IMG/VR virus record: IMGVR_UViG_3300029288_000144
Coordinates: 13,464 to 77,463 of that record
Strand: one strand, 5' to 3'
DNA length: 64,000 bases
From: a virus
Lineage: Duplodnaviria > Caudoviricetes
Shown here: piece after piece, positions 47,897 to 57,441 of the stretch
How the letters are laid out: each line of letters opens with the position of its first letter
Position numbering within the stretch: the stretch's first letter is position 1
Program-made: the position numbers and the translations under genes
Notes under the pieces: generated by a model
Database searches by the model: none
What the model was told of the DNA's origin: nothing
Seen by the model: only the letters and a program-made list of their open reading frames with translations

Positions 47897-49515
47897 TAAC
47901 CAACTCCAAAGACGTTGCCAATGTTGTAACTCATAATATTTTCACTAGTTTTTTCTGTTTTAATCATAGACGCAAACTTAGGAACAAATTCATCAAGCCA
48001 AAATTCTTTTCCTAATTGATTTCTAGAAACATATTGTGGAGTTTGAGAATAAGAAACTGGTTGGTTTTGTAATTTAGAAATAGCTCTCAACGCTTCCGAT
48101 TGTGCCGCAGGAATCACCATCTCATTTTTGTGTAAAGAAACCTTCATGTCTCTTGGAACATTCTTGTCACCAATTCGTCTAGCAGGTCCGGGGGCTTCTT
48201 TTGGTGGTTCTTGAACTTTTGGAATTTGTAGAATATTGTTTAACCCTAAGAACGAAAGCCCTTTATTAGCAACATCAGCACCCTTGTTGAAAATCATAGA
48301 AGCTGTTTCTTTAACAACGGTTATCGCCGGGGCAATCTTGTCCTTCGCCAAATCTATTAAATTACCAATTCCGCGCTTTATCATAGCTATCAAGTTCTTC
48401 GGCTTAAAAAACTCTAAAACCTTCTCAAATGAATCAGAAAAATAGTTAAATCTATTTGTTACCATTTTATTCTGGTCTTTAATCAATTCCAACACACTAT
48501 CAAAAATCTTGTCGTCGTTTCCATATTTTTCGTTGTGAGAAATTAACTTGTTGTTTGGAATGATTCGGCCTGTCTCTCTTGGTGTGAAAAGCTCCGGGCC
48601 TTTCTCACCAACAATATATGGTTTTCCAGAAATGACAGACCCACCTTTTTCTCTCGGTTCTGCGTTTCCAACTTCATCAAAATCTTTTGTGAATAATCCC
48701 GCTTTTATAGAATCATAAATTGTGTAACCAGCGCCCGCTAAAGCTAAACCAATTAACAATTTTGGATTCTTTAATAATTTGCCCGAATCTTTTAATAAGG
48801 TTGATGGTTTTAATTTTGAAAGCGGCTTAAATAAGGAACCTAACTTTTTGAATTTAGATAATCCAAACATTCCTCCGACAACTCCACCAACTCCCGCTTC
48901 GGCAGCACCCGCAAACATTTTTGATAAACTCCCAATACCCGCAAACAAGCTATCAAATAGGCTTGCTCCAGAACCACCTGAGAAATTTAATTTGTTTTCA
49001 ATACTCTTTAATAACTCAATCTCATCACCAAAATAATTAGAAGCATCGTCGGTTCTGTAAAAGTCTTGGCCTGATTGTTTTTCTTTTGATGAGATGTCTA
49101 TGGGGAATTTGAAGTTCTTGGAATTGATTATTAAATTCCCTCGGACTGTTAAATTTGAATTGGTTATTGAAACCTTCTCAAGAGATGGGTTTTTAATCTT
49201 TGGCTTTTTAATTGTTTCTTTTACAACTTTTGATTTTGCTGCTTTTTCAATTGACAGTGTTGTAGATTTAAGAAAAGATTGTATTGTATTGTCTTTTTTA
49301 TTTGTTTGTTTCTTTTCTTCTGTCTTTTCACGAAACAAGTCAAGCTGGTCAATAGATGTTCTTAAAGTCTTTACTAATTTTTTGCTTTTATCTGTTAGCT
49401 TAGTTTGAACTTCATTTGTATTTTTAATAGACTCTAACTGCGAGGACGCAATCTTGTTGCTCGCAGCTAAAGCCTCGTTTAATAAATTTGTAATATCGGA
49501 TGGATTACCTGCCAT
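47896..49515 (-). CDS. tape-measure-like protein, paralog of downstream gene
   Basis: shared QDFYRTDD, GGSV..YIVGEKGPELFTP, LHKNEMVIP, FW..F.P blocks. Confidence 0.7.
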   Translation of the reverse strand: MAGNPSDITNLLNEALAASNKIASSQLESIKNTNEVQTKLTDKSKKLVKTLRTSIDQLDLFREKTEEKKQTNKKDNTIQSFLKSTTLSIEKAAKSKVVKETIKKPKIKNPSLEKVSITNSNLTVRGNLIINSKNFKFPIDISSKEKQSGQDFYRTDDASNYFGDEIELLKSIENKLNFSGGSGASLFDSLFAGIGSLSKMFAGAAEAGVGGVVGGMFGLSKFKKLGSLFKPLSKLKPSTLLKDSGKLLKNPKLLIGLALAGAGYTIYDSIKAGLFTKDFDEVGNAEPREKGGSVISGKPYIVGEKGPELFTPRETGRIIPNNKLISHNEKYGNDDKIFDSVLELIKDQNKMVTNRFNYFSDSFEKVLEFFKPKNLIAMIKRGIGNLIDLAKDKIAPAITVVKETASMIFNKGADVANKGLSFLGLNNILQIPKVQEPPKEAPGPARRIGDKNVPRDMKVSLHKNEMVIPAAQSEALRAISKLQNQPVSYSQTPQYVSRNQLGKEFWLDEFVPKFASMIKTEKTSENIMSYNIGNVFGVG

Positions 49516-49520
49516 GTAAG

Positions 49521-49527
49521 TATTTAG
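49521..49527 (-). promoter_or_regulatory. T4-like late promoter CTAAATA
   Basis: exactly 5 nt upstream of ATG 49515. Confidence 0.6.
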
Positions 49528-49539
49528 ATTTTGCTAGAA

Positions 49540-51012
49540 TTAAACAGCAGAATCTATTAGAGATGTTAATGTTGGTTCTATAAGAGTTGCCCATTGGTCA
49601 TATCCACTTGAAGAAAAGTGACCACCATCACCAAACGAATAATCTAACAACCATTCGAGTGTAGAAGAATTCCAAATACCACCGTCGGATTCTGATAATA
49701 TAGAATTAACATATATTGTTTTTAATGTATCTACAGCTGCCCGGTAATTTGCTTTTTTTGCTTGGTCAGATGAAATCATTGTCCAAGTTCCTGGAATTAT
49801 AACCCAAAATGGTTGTGCTGGCATAATAGATTTCGCAAGAGCGGTATCAGATAACGCCTGTCCTCCTTGGTCAGGATAACCATAACCATCATTATAGTTG
49901 TTTATAGAAATTCCTTCATAAACAACACACCTCAAATCCAAAACCGATGCTATTTTTTGCCACATCGTTAAAATTGACGGAGTTGGTAGCCCTTGAATAC
50001 CTAACTGTAATGGAATATATGGTTTATTATTAGTAATCCAAATTTCTTCAAGTCGGGTTGCTAGGCCACGACGACCGTTTATCCCACCATCATCTCCGAA
50101 GGTCTGAATATGAGAATCGCCTATTAACGGAATTGTTACCACGGGCGTTCCTAAACCAGAAAAACCAAACAACAAATTAGGCATTGTGCCGAACGACTGC
50201 GAAGTCCCTGTAAGAGTAAATGAAGAAGACGGAAGAGTTGAAAGAATTTGCTCATCGCCATTAGGTTCCCAGCCTGTTGATTCATATGGAACGCCCCACA
50301 ATCTCTGTTCAGCACCCGCAGATAACTCAACAACAACTCTGCATGAATTTACCAGCGTTGTTTGTAATTGAAACCCACCGGCAGGAGTTACTTTAGTAAA
50401 CCCTGGGTTTGTTTCTGTTCCGGCGGAAACTGTTCGTGTGTTATTAAAAATAGTCACAAATCCAGTTGATATGTTCTCTGTTAACTCGGTCGCTGTTGAA
50501 TTTCCAACATACATTCCTACAATTTTATAAGAGATGGCGCCTGTAGAAATCCCCCACACATCCAAAGCCGTAAAAGTATTACCCCCAGGAATATAAACAT
50601 CGCAAATATACGCTTTAGATGTTTCTATATTAGACCATTTTCGCAATCCGCCTGGGGAAACATAGGTATAAGAAGTTGCCAATGATAGATAACTTTGAGT
50701 TTCTGTTGTTGCTGTTATAATACCTGTTGAACTTGACAATCTAACGTTATTTCCTCGAAACTCATACAGAGTTGTTTGTTCCAAGCCAGTAATGTTAGTC
50801 GTTACATTAGTTATTCCCGAAGTTGATAACAACCAAGACGAAGAACCAGATTTTCTATATTGTAAATCCCATGATACCAACGTAGCAGATTCTGGGACGT
50901 TAATAGTTACCGACGCAGTAGTTGCAGTGACTGCGCTTGTTGATAATGTGGCACTTTCCATGGTGCCATCTTTAGAAATAAAATTTGAGTATACTTTCTC
51001 CGTGTTCATCAA
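49540..51012 (-). CDS. FN3-domain plus SGNH/GDSL hydrolase protein
   Basis: LQYRKSGSSSW..ITGLEQTTLYEFR (FN3); IGDSH, GIQG, ISINN, DGGHFSSSGY (SGNH blocks). Confidence 0.72.
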   Translation of the reverse strand: MMNTEKVYSNFISKDGTMESATLSTSAVTATTASVTINVPESATLVSWDLQYRKSGSSSWLLSTSGITNVTTNITGLEQTTLYEFRGNNVRLSSSTGIITATTETQSYLSLATSYTYVSPGGLRKWSNIETSKAYICDVYIPGGNTFTALDVWGISTGAISYKIVGMYVGNSTATELTENISTGFVTIFNNTRTVSAGTETNPGFTKVTPAGGFQLQTTLVNSCRVVVELSAGAEQRLWGVPYESTGWEPNGDEQILSTLPSSSFTLTGTSQSFGTMPNLLFGFSGLGTPVVTIPLIGDSHIQTFGDDGGINGRRGLATRLEEIWITNNKPYIPLQLGIQGLPTPSILTMWQKIASVLDLRCVVYEGISINNYNDGYGYPDQGGQALSDTALAKSIMPAQPFWVIIPGTWTMISSDQAKKANYRAAVDTLKTIYVNSILSESDGGIWNSSTLEWLLDYSFGDGGHFSSSGYDQWATLIEPTLTSLIDSAV

Positions 51013-51323
51013 ATCATACCTTTTAATGTTACATTTCCACTAGTAACATTGAGTCTAAAATCTTTAAGTTTTCCTTCATACACAAGAATCTCTGACTCCG
51101 AACCCGTTGATGTAAACGTATAAATATCGGTCCAATTGGAACCATCAAAAGTAATTTGGACTGTTCCCGATGACGCTGACGTTGTTATGATTTGAAACGT
51201 AACATTTCCTAACACCGAGTCTTCTGGTTGCTTTGCGAACATCTGAAAACTGGCGGATTGTGAATTTTGTATAATTGCTGGCGAAACTCCTGATGTGTTC
51301 ATTGTATACGAATAAGTTGCCAT
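51009..51323 (-). CDS. small beta-rich virion protein
   Basis: 104 aa, GTVQITFDGSNW; late promoter at 51349-56. Confidence 0.6.
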   Translation of the reverse strand: MATYSYTMNTSGVSPAIIQNSQSASFQMFAKQPEDSVLGNVTFQIITTSASSGTVQITFDGSNWTDIYTFTSTGSESEILVYEGKLKDFRLNVTSGNVTLKGMI

Positions 51324-51359
51324 TTAGTTTACCTCTTTAATCTAAATGTATTTATCATT

Positions 51360-52061
51360 TTATATTCTATCTTCCCACCAAGAATTATCGGGGTCTTTTG
51401 GAGCACATTCTGTAACTCCTGGTTCATACAAGAATTTCTTTTTCTCTTCATCTATTACATCATTTAATCCATAGATATCCATTACACCAACGCCCGAAGC
51501 AGATGTGGTTATATAATCTCCAGCATTAACTAAATCTTGGCTAATTAGATAACCTTTGTTCTTAAATTCAACCAATTGTAATGTCCAAGTATGTTTTCCT
51601 TGTAAGAATATTTCATCTTCTTGTTTGACCATATTAACTTCGTAGAATTTGTCATTATATTTTGCGTAAACAACATCTCCTATCTTAGGTTCATAACTTG
51701 GATAATAAGCTGATGTTCCAGAAGAAGAAAATTGAGAAGCTACAGACATATGGAGCATGTTGATGTAAATTGGGAAGTTGTCAATAACAATAGTTCCAAA
51801 AGAAGAAAACAACTTCTCTTCTTTTGGCAATTCGTAGTGCGCATTGTAATCAAAAGCTCTTTCAATTATTCTTGCGTTATCTTCTCCGTATAATGTATCT
51901 GCGGAAATGGAAACTGTGTAATATCTCATAGGAACGGCGTGATGATTATACCCTTCCATTTCTAAAACATCATAAAGTTCTCTTTCACAATCATATGCGG
52001 AGACGCATTTTACGAAAAAGTTTTTATTTGGTAGAGGATTCCACTGGTCGTAGTGAGACAT
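51360..52061 (-). CDS. neck protein (T4 gp14-like)
   Basis: DTLYGED..F..G..DN....I..F...P..GDVVY....FYEVNMV.....F..G. Confidence 0.8.
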   Translation of the reverse strand: MSHYDQWNPLPNKNFFVKCVSAYDCERELYDVLEMEGYNHHAVPMRYYTVSISADTLYGEDNARIIERAFDYNAHYELPKEEKLFSSFGTIVIDNFPIYINMLHMSVASQFSSSGTSAYYPSYEPKIGDVVYAKYNDKFYEVNMVKQEDEIFLQGKHTWTLQLVEFKNKGYLISQDLVNAGDYITTSASGVGVMDIYGLNDVIDEEKKKFLYEPGVTECAPKDPDNSWWEDRI

Positions 52062-52062
52062 C

Positions 52063-53313
52063 TTAGATACCCAAATATAAATTTTTAATATCTAAGAATT
52101 CTTGTTTCATCGACGAACACTGTTCTGTTAGGAACTGAAACCTCTCATCTCCACAAGCGTAAATTTCCGAATAACCTTCGGTATTTTCTTTGTTCAACAA
52201 CCAATAACCAAAATATTTTAAATTTTGTGCGGCGTTAAAATCTCTATCATGTTCTGCTCCACAATTTTTACATTTCCATTCTCTATCACTTAATTCCAAA
52301 TCATTTTTCTTAGCACCACAACATGAACAAAATTTTGAACTTGCATAAAACTGAGGAGCCTTAACTAAATGAATACCTTGAAGTTCGCATTTGTATTTTA
52401 GTTGTCTTTGAATCTCACCAAAAGACGCATCTAAAATCGCTCCAGCTAGTTTATGATTCTTGCTCATGTTTTTTGGTTTTAATGTTTCTACAACCAACAT
52501 TTTTATTTCGGATTTTGTTAGTGATGATGTCATTTTGTTTGAACAATCTTTTCTAATGTTAACAATTTTTCTATGAAGTCTTTGTAGTTTGGTTTTTGTT
52601 TTATTCCTATTTTTAGAACCAATTTTTTGTCTGGCTAATTTGCGTTGATATTTCTTTAATTTCATTTGATACTTTTTATAAGCTTTGGGGTTTGAAAACA
52701 CTTGCCCGTCGGAACAAATTCCCAAATCTTTGATACCCAAGTCCAAACCAACAATATCATGTTCTGATAAGTTTATTAGTTGTGGAAGCGGCCCATTAGT
52801 TCTTTGTTTTCCTTCAACATAAAAAGAAGCAAACCATCTATCAGCTTCTCTTGTTATGGTTATACTTTTTACCGGAACTTTTATATCCGTAGCAAATCCC
52901 TTTCTTTTCATTCTAACTTTACCAATTTTAGGAAGATAGACATGAGAGAAGTCTACAGATGTCGCCAAAACTCTGAAAGAATCTTTGTTCCCTTTCTTAC
53001 GCTTAGGATAATTTCCAAACCCTTTAAAGAATCTTTCAAAAGCCGCCTGCAAATTTAATAATGCTGTTGTTGGTGTCCACTTTGAACATCTATTCATCCA
53101 GTCTGATTCTTTTTTTATTGGAACAAACTCTTTTTGCCAATCAAATGCCGACACTTTAGGTTTAGGCGTTCCATTTGTTTTTGATAGTTCATATTCTTCA
53201 GAATGTTTTTCCAAAGCCCAATTATAAGCATAACGCGCGACACCCGCATTCAAGCGAAATGCTTTAATTTGTTCAAGATTCGGTTTTAGTTCTATTTTAT
53301 ATGACGTTATCAT
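52063..53313 (-). mobile_element. tnpB: TnpB RNA-guided nuclease (IS200/IS605-IS607 family), no adjacent transposase
   Basis: HTH_OrfB N-terminus (YKIELKP..G.ARYAYNW), RuvC GLDLG / VVETL / HDRDFNAA, CxxC..CxxC finger. Confidence 0.92.
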
Positions 53314-53324
53314 TTTTATATAGT

Positions 53325-53332
53325 TATTTATA
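53325..53332 (-). promoter_or_regulatory. T4 late promoter TATAAATA
   Basis: perfect consensus 11 nt upstream of tnpB ATG. Confidence 0.7.
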
Positions 53333-53372
53333 CTGGTTTATTTGTAATTATTTACAAAATTGACGTTTTGAA

Positions 53373-53609
53373 CTATTTCTTTCCTAACATATCCATTAGA
53401 TTAACATTTGAATTTTTGTTTCCACTCATTGCTTCATTTCGTTTTTGAATATATGAGTCAAGGCGTTCTTTTAATCCAAGAACTTCATAAAAATCTCTAT
53501 CTTCAATTCCGGTTATGTTAGCGTGGACCGCAAGAGCAAATTCAATATCAAGCAGTTGGTCTATGCTGATACTTGGGAAGAAAGAACTCTGGTTGAAATC
53601 GAACCTCCA
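53373..53609 (-). CDS. start-less open frame, gp51-like chaperone extension
   Basis: FPSISIDQLLDIEFALAVHANITGIEDRDFYEVLGLKERLDSYIQKRNEAM...; no ATG/GTG/TTG in the conserved part; overlaps the gp26-like 3' end in the +1 frame. Confidence 0.6.
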   Translation of the reverse strand, partial: WRFDFNQSSFFPSISIDQLLDIEFALAVHANITGIEDRDFYEVLGLKERLDSYIQKRNEAMSGNKNSNVNLMDMLGKK

Positions 53610-54354
53610 TTAGGTTTTCCTCCCCACAGACTTCATTAGAACACTTTGCTGGAATAACTGGAGAAATTCCAATGTCAAATTCTTCCAAATAAGATTTAAT
53701 AAACGCAAAATCTTCAACAGATAGCTGATTAAGATATTCATAAACATACTTCAACGACATCTCTTGACCATTGATAGTTTTAATCATGGAAGCCATTGAT
53801 AAGATATCTTCGTCCAAATTTTTGTTCATTTTTATCATCTGATTGACTTTGTTTTCATCTTTGACTTTCGGAAAATTGATAGTGATTGTGTCTTCTACAT
53901 TCAAAAGTTTTATTTCATTGTTCGGGTCAAATTCTTTATCGGTCAATGTAACTACTGTAAGTTTATCCATTGTAAACAAATAATGATTCTTAGCTCCACA
54001 ATGCGAACAAACATACTCGGTAGAATACCCTTCGTTCTTATAAGTGTTAGCACGAAGCCAAAAAAGAATGTAAAGTTTATCTGCTACGTAAAGTTCGTTG
54101 ATATCAATACCAGAAATAGCATTCTGAAGAATCTCGCTGATGATAAATGCGTAGTTAGTGTCATTCATTCCCGCTAAAAGTTTGACTTCTTTTACTGTCA
54201 GCGGTCTTCCGTAAATCTTTGTGTTTACTGGATAAAGACGATAATCTGTTGGAATTCCTTCAATTGGAAACATGTTTGATTTGGTTGTGATTGTCTTTTC
54301 TTCGGGTGCGACGAATTCTTTTACAATTGGTTCGCGCTTTCTTGTCTGAGCCAT
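53548..54354 (-). CDS. baseplate hub assembly chaperone (T4 gp26-like)
   Basis: RPLTVKEVKLL, DKLYILFWLRA, CSHCG..N, ITINFPK, C..CG..N. Confidence 0.85.
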   Translation of the reverse strand: MAQTRKREPIVKEFVAPEEKTITTKSNMFPIEGIPTDYRLYPVNTKIYGRPLTVKEVKLLAGMNDTNYAFIISEILQNAISGIDINELYVADKLYILFWLRANTYKNEGYSTEYVCSHCGAKNHYLFTMDKLTVVTLTDKEFDPNNEIKLLNVEDTITINFPKVKDENKVNQMIKMNKNLDEDILSMASMIKTINGQEMSLKYVYEYLNQLSVEDFAFIKSYLEEFDIGISPVIPAKCSNEVCGEENLMEVRFQPEFFLPKYQHRPTA

Positions 54355-54393
54355 AATTATCCTTTCAAGCTTCTATAATAGTATATAGGGAAA

Positions 54394-54975
54394 TTAAACC
54401 GTTTGATTCACCGCACCCCGATTGTCTACTTCGTGAAAATGGTCTGCGTTGAATGTGATGTCGTAAAAGATTTGCTTTCCATCTTCAAAAGCATAATTGG
54501 CAGTTGATGCTTTAAGATAGTAACAGTTCTTGAAGTAAACCTTTCTTACATTATCACCATTTGCTTGATAGATAGAAACGATAATGTTACTAATTACTGT
54601 TTCGTTATATGGTCTGTGAAATCCATCAACATCTATATTTCTATTCACCAAATCTCTTATTAGTTTTTCAACACTCCCTGACGAATCTTCTTCAAATTTG
54701 ATTGTAAAGTCAAATCCATTATGGTCCAAAACCGGAAACGATTTAACGAATGGACCAACTTGTTTATCTTCTTTCTTAAACGCATAATTAGGTAGTTCAA
54801 CAGAAACGGCATGGTATGATTTTACCCAAGAAAAAATAGGGTCCGCTCCTTCGGAATCTTCAAAATAAACAATAAAATTATACGCTCTTTGGATATCCTT
54901 GAAGCGATAAAATTGGGCGGTTCTACTTGTTAGCGAACCGCCATCGTTTAGGAAATTTCCCCTATCATCCGCCAT
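54394..54975 (-). CDS. second tail-tube-fold protein (gp19/gp54-like)
   Basis: SVELP, FTIKFEED, YFKNCYY, ITFNAD; adjacent to the tube gene. Confidence 0.7.
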   Translation of the reverse strand: MADDRGNFLNDGGSLTSRTAQFYRFKDIQRAYNFIVYFEDSEGADPIFSWVKSYHAVSVELPNYAFKKEDKQVGPFVKSFPVLDHNGFDFTIKFEEDSSGSVEKLIRDLVNRNIDVDGFHRPYNETVISNIIVSIYQANGDNVRKVYFKNCYYLKASTANYAFEDGKQIFYDITFNADHFHEVDNRGAVNQTV

Positions 54976-54978
54976 TTA

Positions 54979-55635
54979 TTAACTTGCGCTTTCCTGAACA
55001 TTCATCTTAAGTTTTGGATTAGGTCCACCGATATAAGGAGGATTATCAGTATCACCCATCAGCCAGAAATCAAACTGGAACGTAGCGTTATATTTAACAG
55101 CTTCATTTGTTGAATAATCCAGAGTAACATCATCAACGTTCTGTAACCAAGCGTTGTAGAAGTAAACCGAGTTTTCAAAAACTTCTCCGTTGTAACGAAC
55201 AGGAGTTACGCGAATCACGTCAACATAAGCATCCGATTCAGAAGTTCCGCGTTTCTTGCCCGAGTTAGCATGACCCTTGGTAACATCAAAAATCATCTGA
55301 TGCCAATTGTAAAGCCAAATTCCGATTCCCTGAGATTCTGTCTCTTCAAACTGAATCTGAGTTGTGTTAGAAAACGTTGGCTTTCCAGGGAAGAACTGTT
55401 TCATCGCACCGAAGTTTGATTCAATAGTTTCATGTCCACGCTGAGGAAGAACGCAACTACGTGCTCTTAGAGTTACATCTTCTGATTTCCAGTTGGTTCC
55501 AAGAGCTTTATCATATCCAGGAAGCTGTTTGTTGGTGAAGTTCATAATCTCCACCTCAAACATAAACGAACGTTCAATATCAGCAAAATTCTTGATATTC
55601 CGTCCTTCAATAAACATTGGAGAAATTCTAGCCAT
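54979..55635 (-). CDS. tail tube protein (gp19-like)
   Basis: LRARSCVLP, FFPGKPTF, IQFEE, YFYNAW..NVDDVTLDYS..YNATFQFD. Confidence 0.88.
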   Translation of the reverse strand: MARISPMFIEGRNIKNFADIERSFMFEVEIMNFTNKQLPGYDKALGTNWKSEDVTLRARSCVLPQRGHETIESNFGAMKQFFPGKPTFSNTTQIQFEETESQGIGIWLYNWHQMIFDVTKGHANSGKKRGTSESDAYVDVIRVTPVRYNGEVFENSVYFYNAWLQNVDDVTLDYSTNEAVKYNATFQFDFWLMGDTDNPPYIGGPNPKLKMNVQESAS

Positions 55636-55645
55636 TTCCTACTCC

Positions 55646-57403
55646 TTATTCGCTGACCGTGACGGAATCAGCAGTTATAATCACCTTCAAGTTAATATAT
55701 TCAATCGCATATGTTGGCTGAATATACAAATCAACATTCAAAATATTCTGAGCAATTGTTGTTTCTGTGTTGTTAGAATCATCTGCGACAACTCTAAAAG
55801 ATTGAACACCATCACCAGTCTTAACACCCGACATGAAGTTGTTAATCAAACTAGAAACACGCTCTCTTGTCTTTGGAGAGTTACCCTTAAACAAGAATCC
55901 AGCAAGAATGTTTTCTACGTTTCGTTCAACATACAGAAGCATACGACGAACGTTGATTCTGTCTCTTGCGGTGTTCTTAAGTTGAGCAGTCTTCTGTCCC
56001 CAAACATACTGAACTCCCGCGATTCTCTTCACGCTGTTAATGTTGTAACGAGAGTATAGGTCACCAAGCTCAATATCAGAAAGAGAAATGTTCTGTTTTG
56101 CCGCAGGAATTCCACCAAAATCAGTTCCGGCAGGAGCATCCCAACGATTAGCAACTCTATCAGTTCTTGCGATAACCGAAGCCGCAAAAATAGAGTTAGG
56201 AAGCCAAACACGAACAGCATTGTATGGGTCATAAACCTGCTGCCATCCACAATATTTTCCCCAATAAGAAGGATTCGAAACAGTTCCCGAACCAGGGCCA
56301 GCAAAATCGGCTGTGAGAATCGCACTCTTCGTTACATCTGTCAGCTTACCAACGTTTACCGGAGCAAACACATCCATTCTCTGAGAAATCACACTATCAA
56401 CCACAGAGGCTAATGTAGTATCAACAGCGTTTGTATTAGCGGTTCCGTTGTAAGGAGTCACATCAAAAATATCAATTGACTGAGAAGACTTATTAGAATA
56501 AAATCTCCAAGCAGCTTGATAACTTGCGGCTGCTTGTGTAGCAAATGTAGTATTGACACCACCAGCCAACTGAAGATATGTTGGTGTGTAAGCTGGCATA
56601 ACCAGATTTGATTTTACGTAAATATACGCCGAATTACCGTTAACAATTTCTTCAACGAACATGCTGTTTCCAGAATTATCAAGAACAGTGTAATCATGAG
56701 AAACATAGAAAGACTCAGCAGGAGCAGCAGAAATAGAAGACCAAAGAGAAGCGAAAGAATCACTGGTATTCTTAACATAGACGTTAATCTTGAAAATGGA
56801 TTTCCACCGTGCGTTTGCCGCAGATACGTTTGCTGGTTCATCATATTTGTATACCCAATCTACCAAAGCCGACGTGCTTAAAGCTGTCATCGCCGGAGTA
56901 ATTACTGAAATCGCAATGTCATTTCCCCAAACTCCCGGAGCATTTGCGTGAACATCCAGAGAGGAAGCAATTGTTGTAAAATCACCAATATCATTAGGAC
57001 TGTAACCTTCTGGATATGTGGTAATTGCTGAAGATGCCAATGCTGTAACCGGAATCGAAACGCTTGTTGCTGAAGTTGCAGAAGTTCCCGAAAGACCAAC
57101 ACCTGAATACACTTCTGTTCCATTAGTAGCACGAACAAAGTAAACATTAGATGTCTCTTTCAATACTTCTCTCGCAGCATAAATTCCGTAGTCGATTACT
57201 TGAGTGCTCGGAATTCCTCCCGAAACAAGTGGCGCACCAAAAATGTTAATCAAATCTTGTTCACTCTTTACTAAAACTTTTGAGTTAACTATTCCTTTTC
57301 TGGCCAATCCAACGGTAGCAACTACAGTGCTGTTATCAACAACATTTACCTGCGAGTTATCTACTTCTGTAGTATTGATACCAGGAAGCCCTGTGTATGC
57401 CAT
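55646..57403 (-). CDS. tail sheath protein (gp18-like)
   Basis: PGINTTEVD, PGVWGNDI, WDAPAG, WGQKT, DRINVRRML, IQPTYAIEYI. Confidence 0.95.
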   Translation of the reverse strand: MAYTGLPGINTTEVDNSQVNVVDNSTVVATVGLARKGIVNSKVLVKSEQDLINIFGAPLVSGGIPSTQVIDYGIYAAREVLKETSNVYFVRATNGTEVYSGVGLSGTSATSATSVSIPVTALASSAITTYPEGYSPNDIGDFTTIASSLDVHANAPGVWGNDIAISVITPAMTALSTSALVDWVYKYDEPANVSAANARWKSIFKINVYVKNTSDSFASLWSSISAAPAESFYVSHDYTVLDNSGNSMFVEEIVNGNSAYIYVKSNLVMPAYTPTYLQLAGGVNTTFATQAAASYQAAWRFYSNKSSQSIDIFDVTPYNGTANTNAVDTTLASVVDSVISQRMDVFAPVNVGKLTDVTKSAILTADFAGPGSGTVSNPSYWGKYCGWQQVYDPYNAVRVWLPNSIFAASVIARTDRVANRWDAPAGTDFGGIPAAKQNISLSDIELGDLYSRYNINSVKRIAGVQYVWGQKTAQLKNTARDRINVRRMLLYVERNVENILAGFLFKGNSPKTRERVSSLINNFMSGVKTGDGVQSFRVVADDSNNTETTIAQNILNVDLYIQPTYAIEYINLKVIITADSVTVSE

Positions 57404-57430
57404 ATTTATTTTTCTCCTATCTTATAACTG

Positions 57431-57437
57431 TATTTAG
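57431..57437 (-). promoter_or_regulatory. T4-like late promoter CTAAATA
   Basis: upstream of AGGAG SD of the sheath gene. Confidence 0.65.
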
Positions 57438-57441
57438 TGTT

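Noticed and set aside
54365-54390. sigma70 promoter (TATACT) upstream of gp26-like gene
   Set aside because: No credible -35 at 17 nt; the short CTATA/TATAG palindrome is unconvincing in AT-rich DNA.
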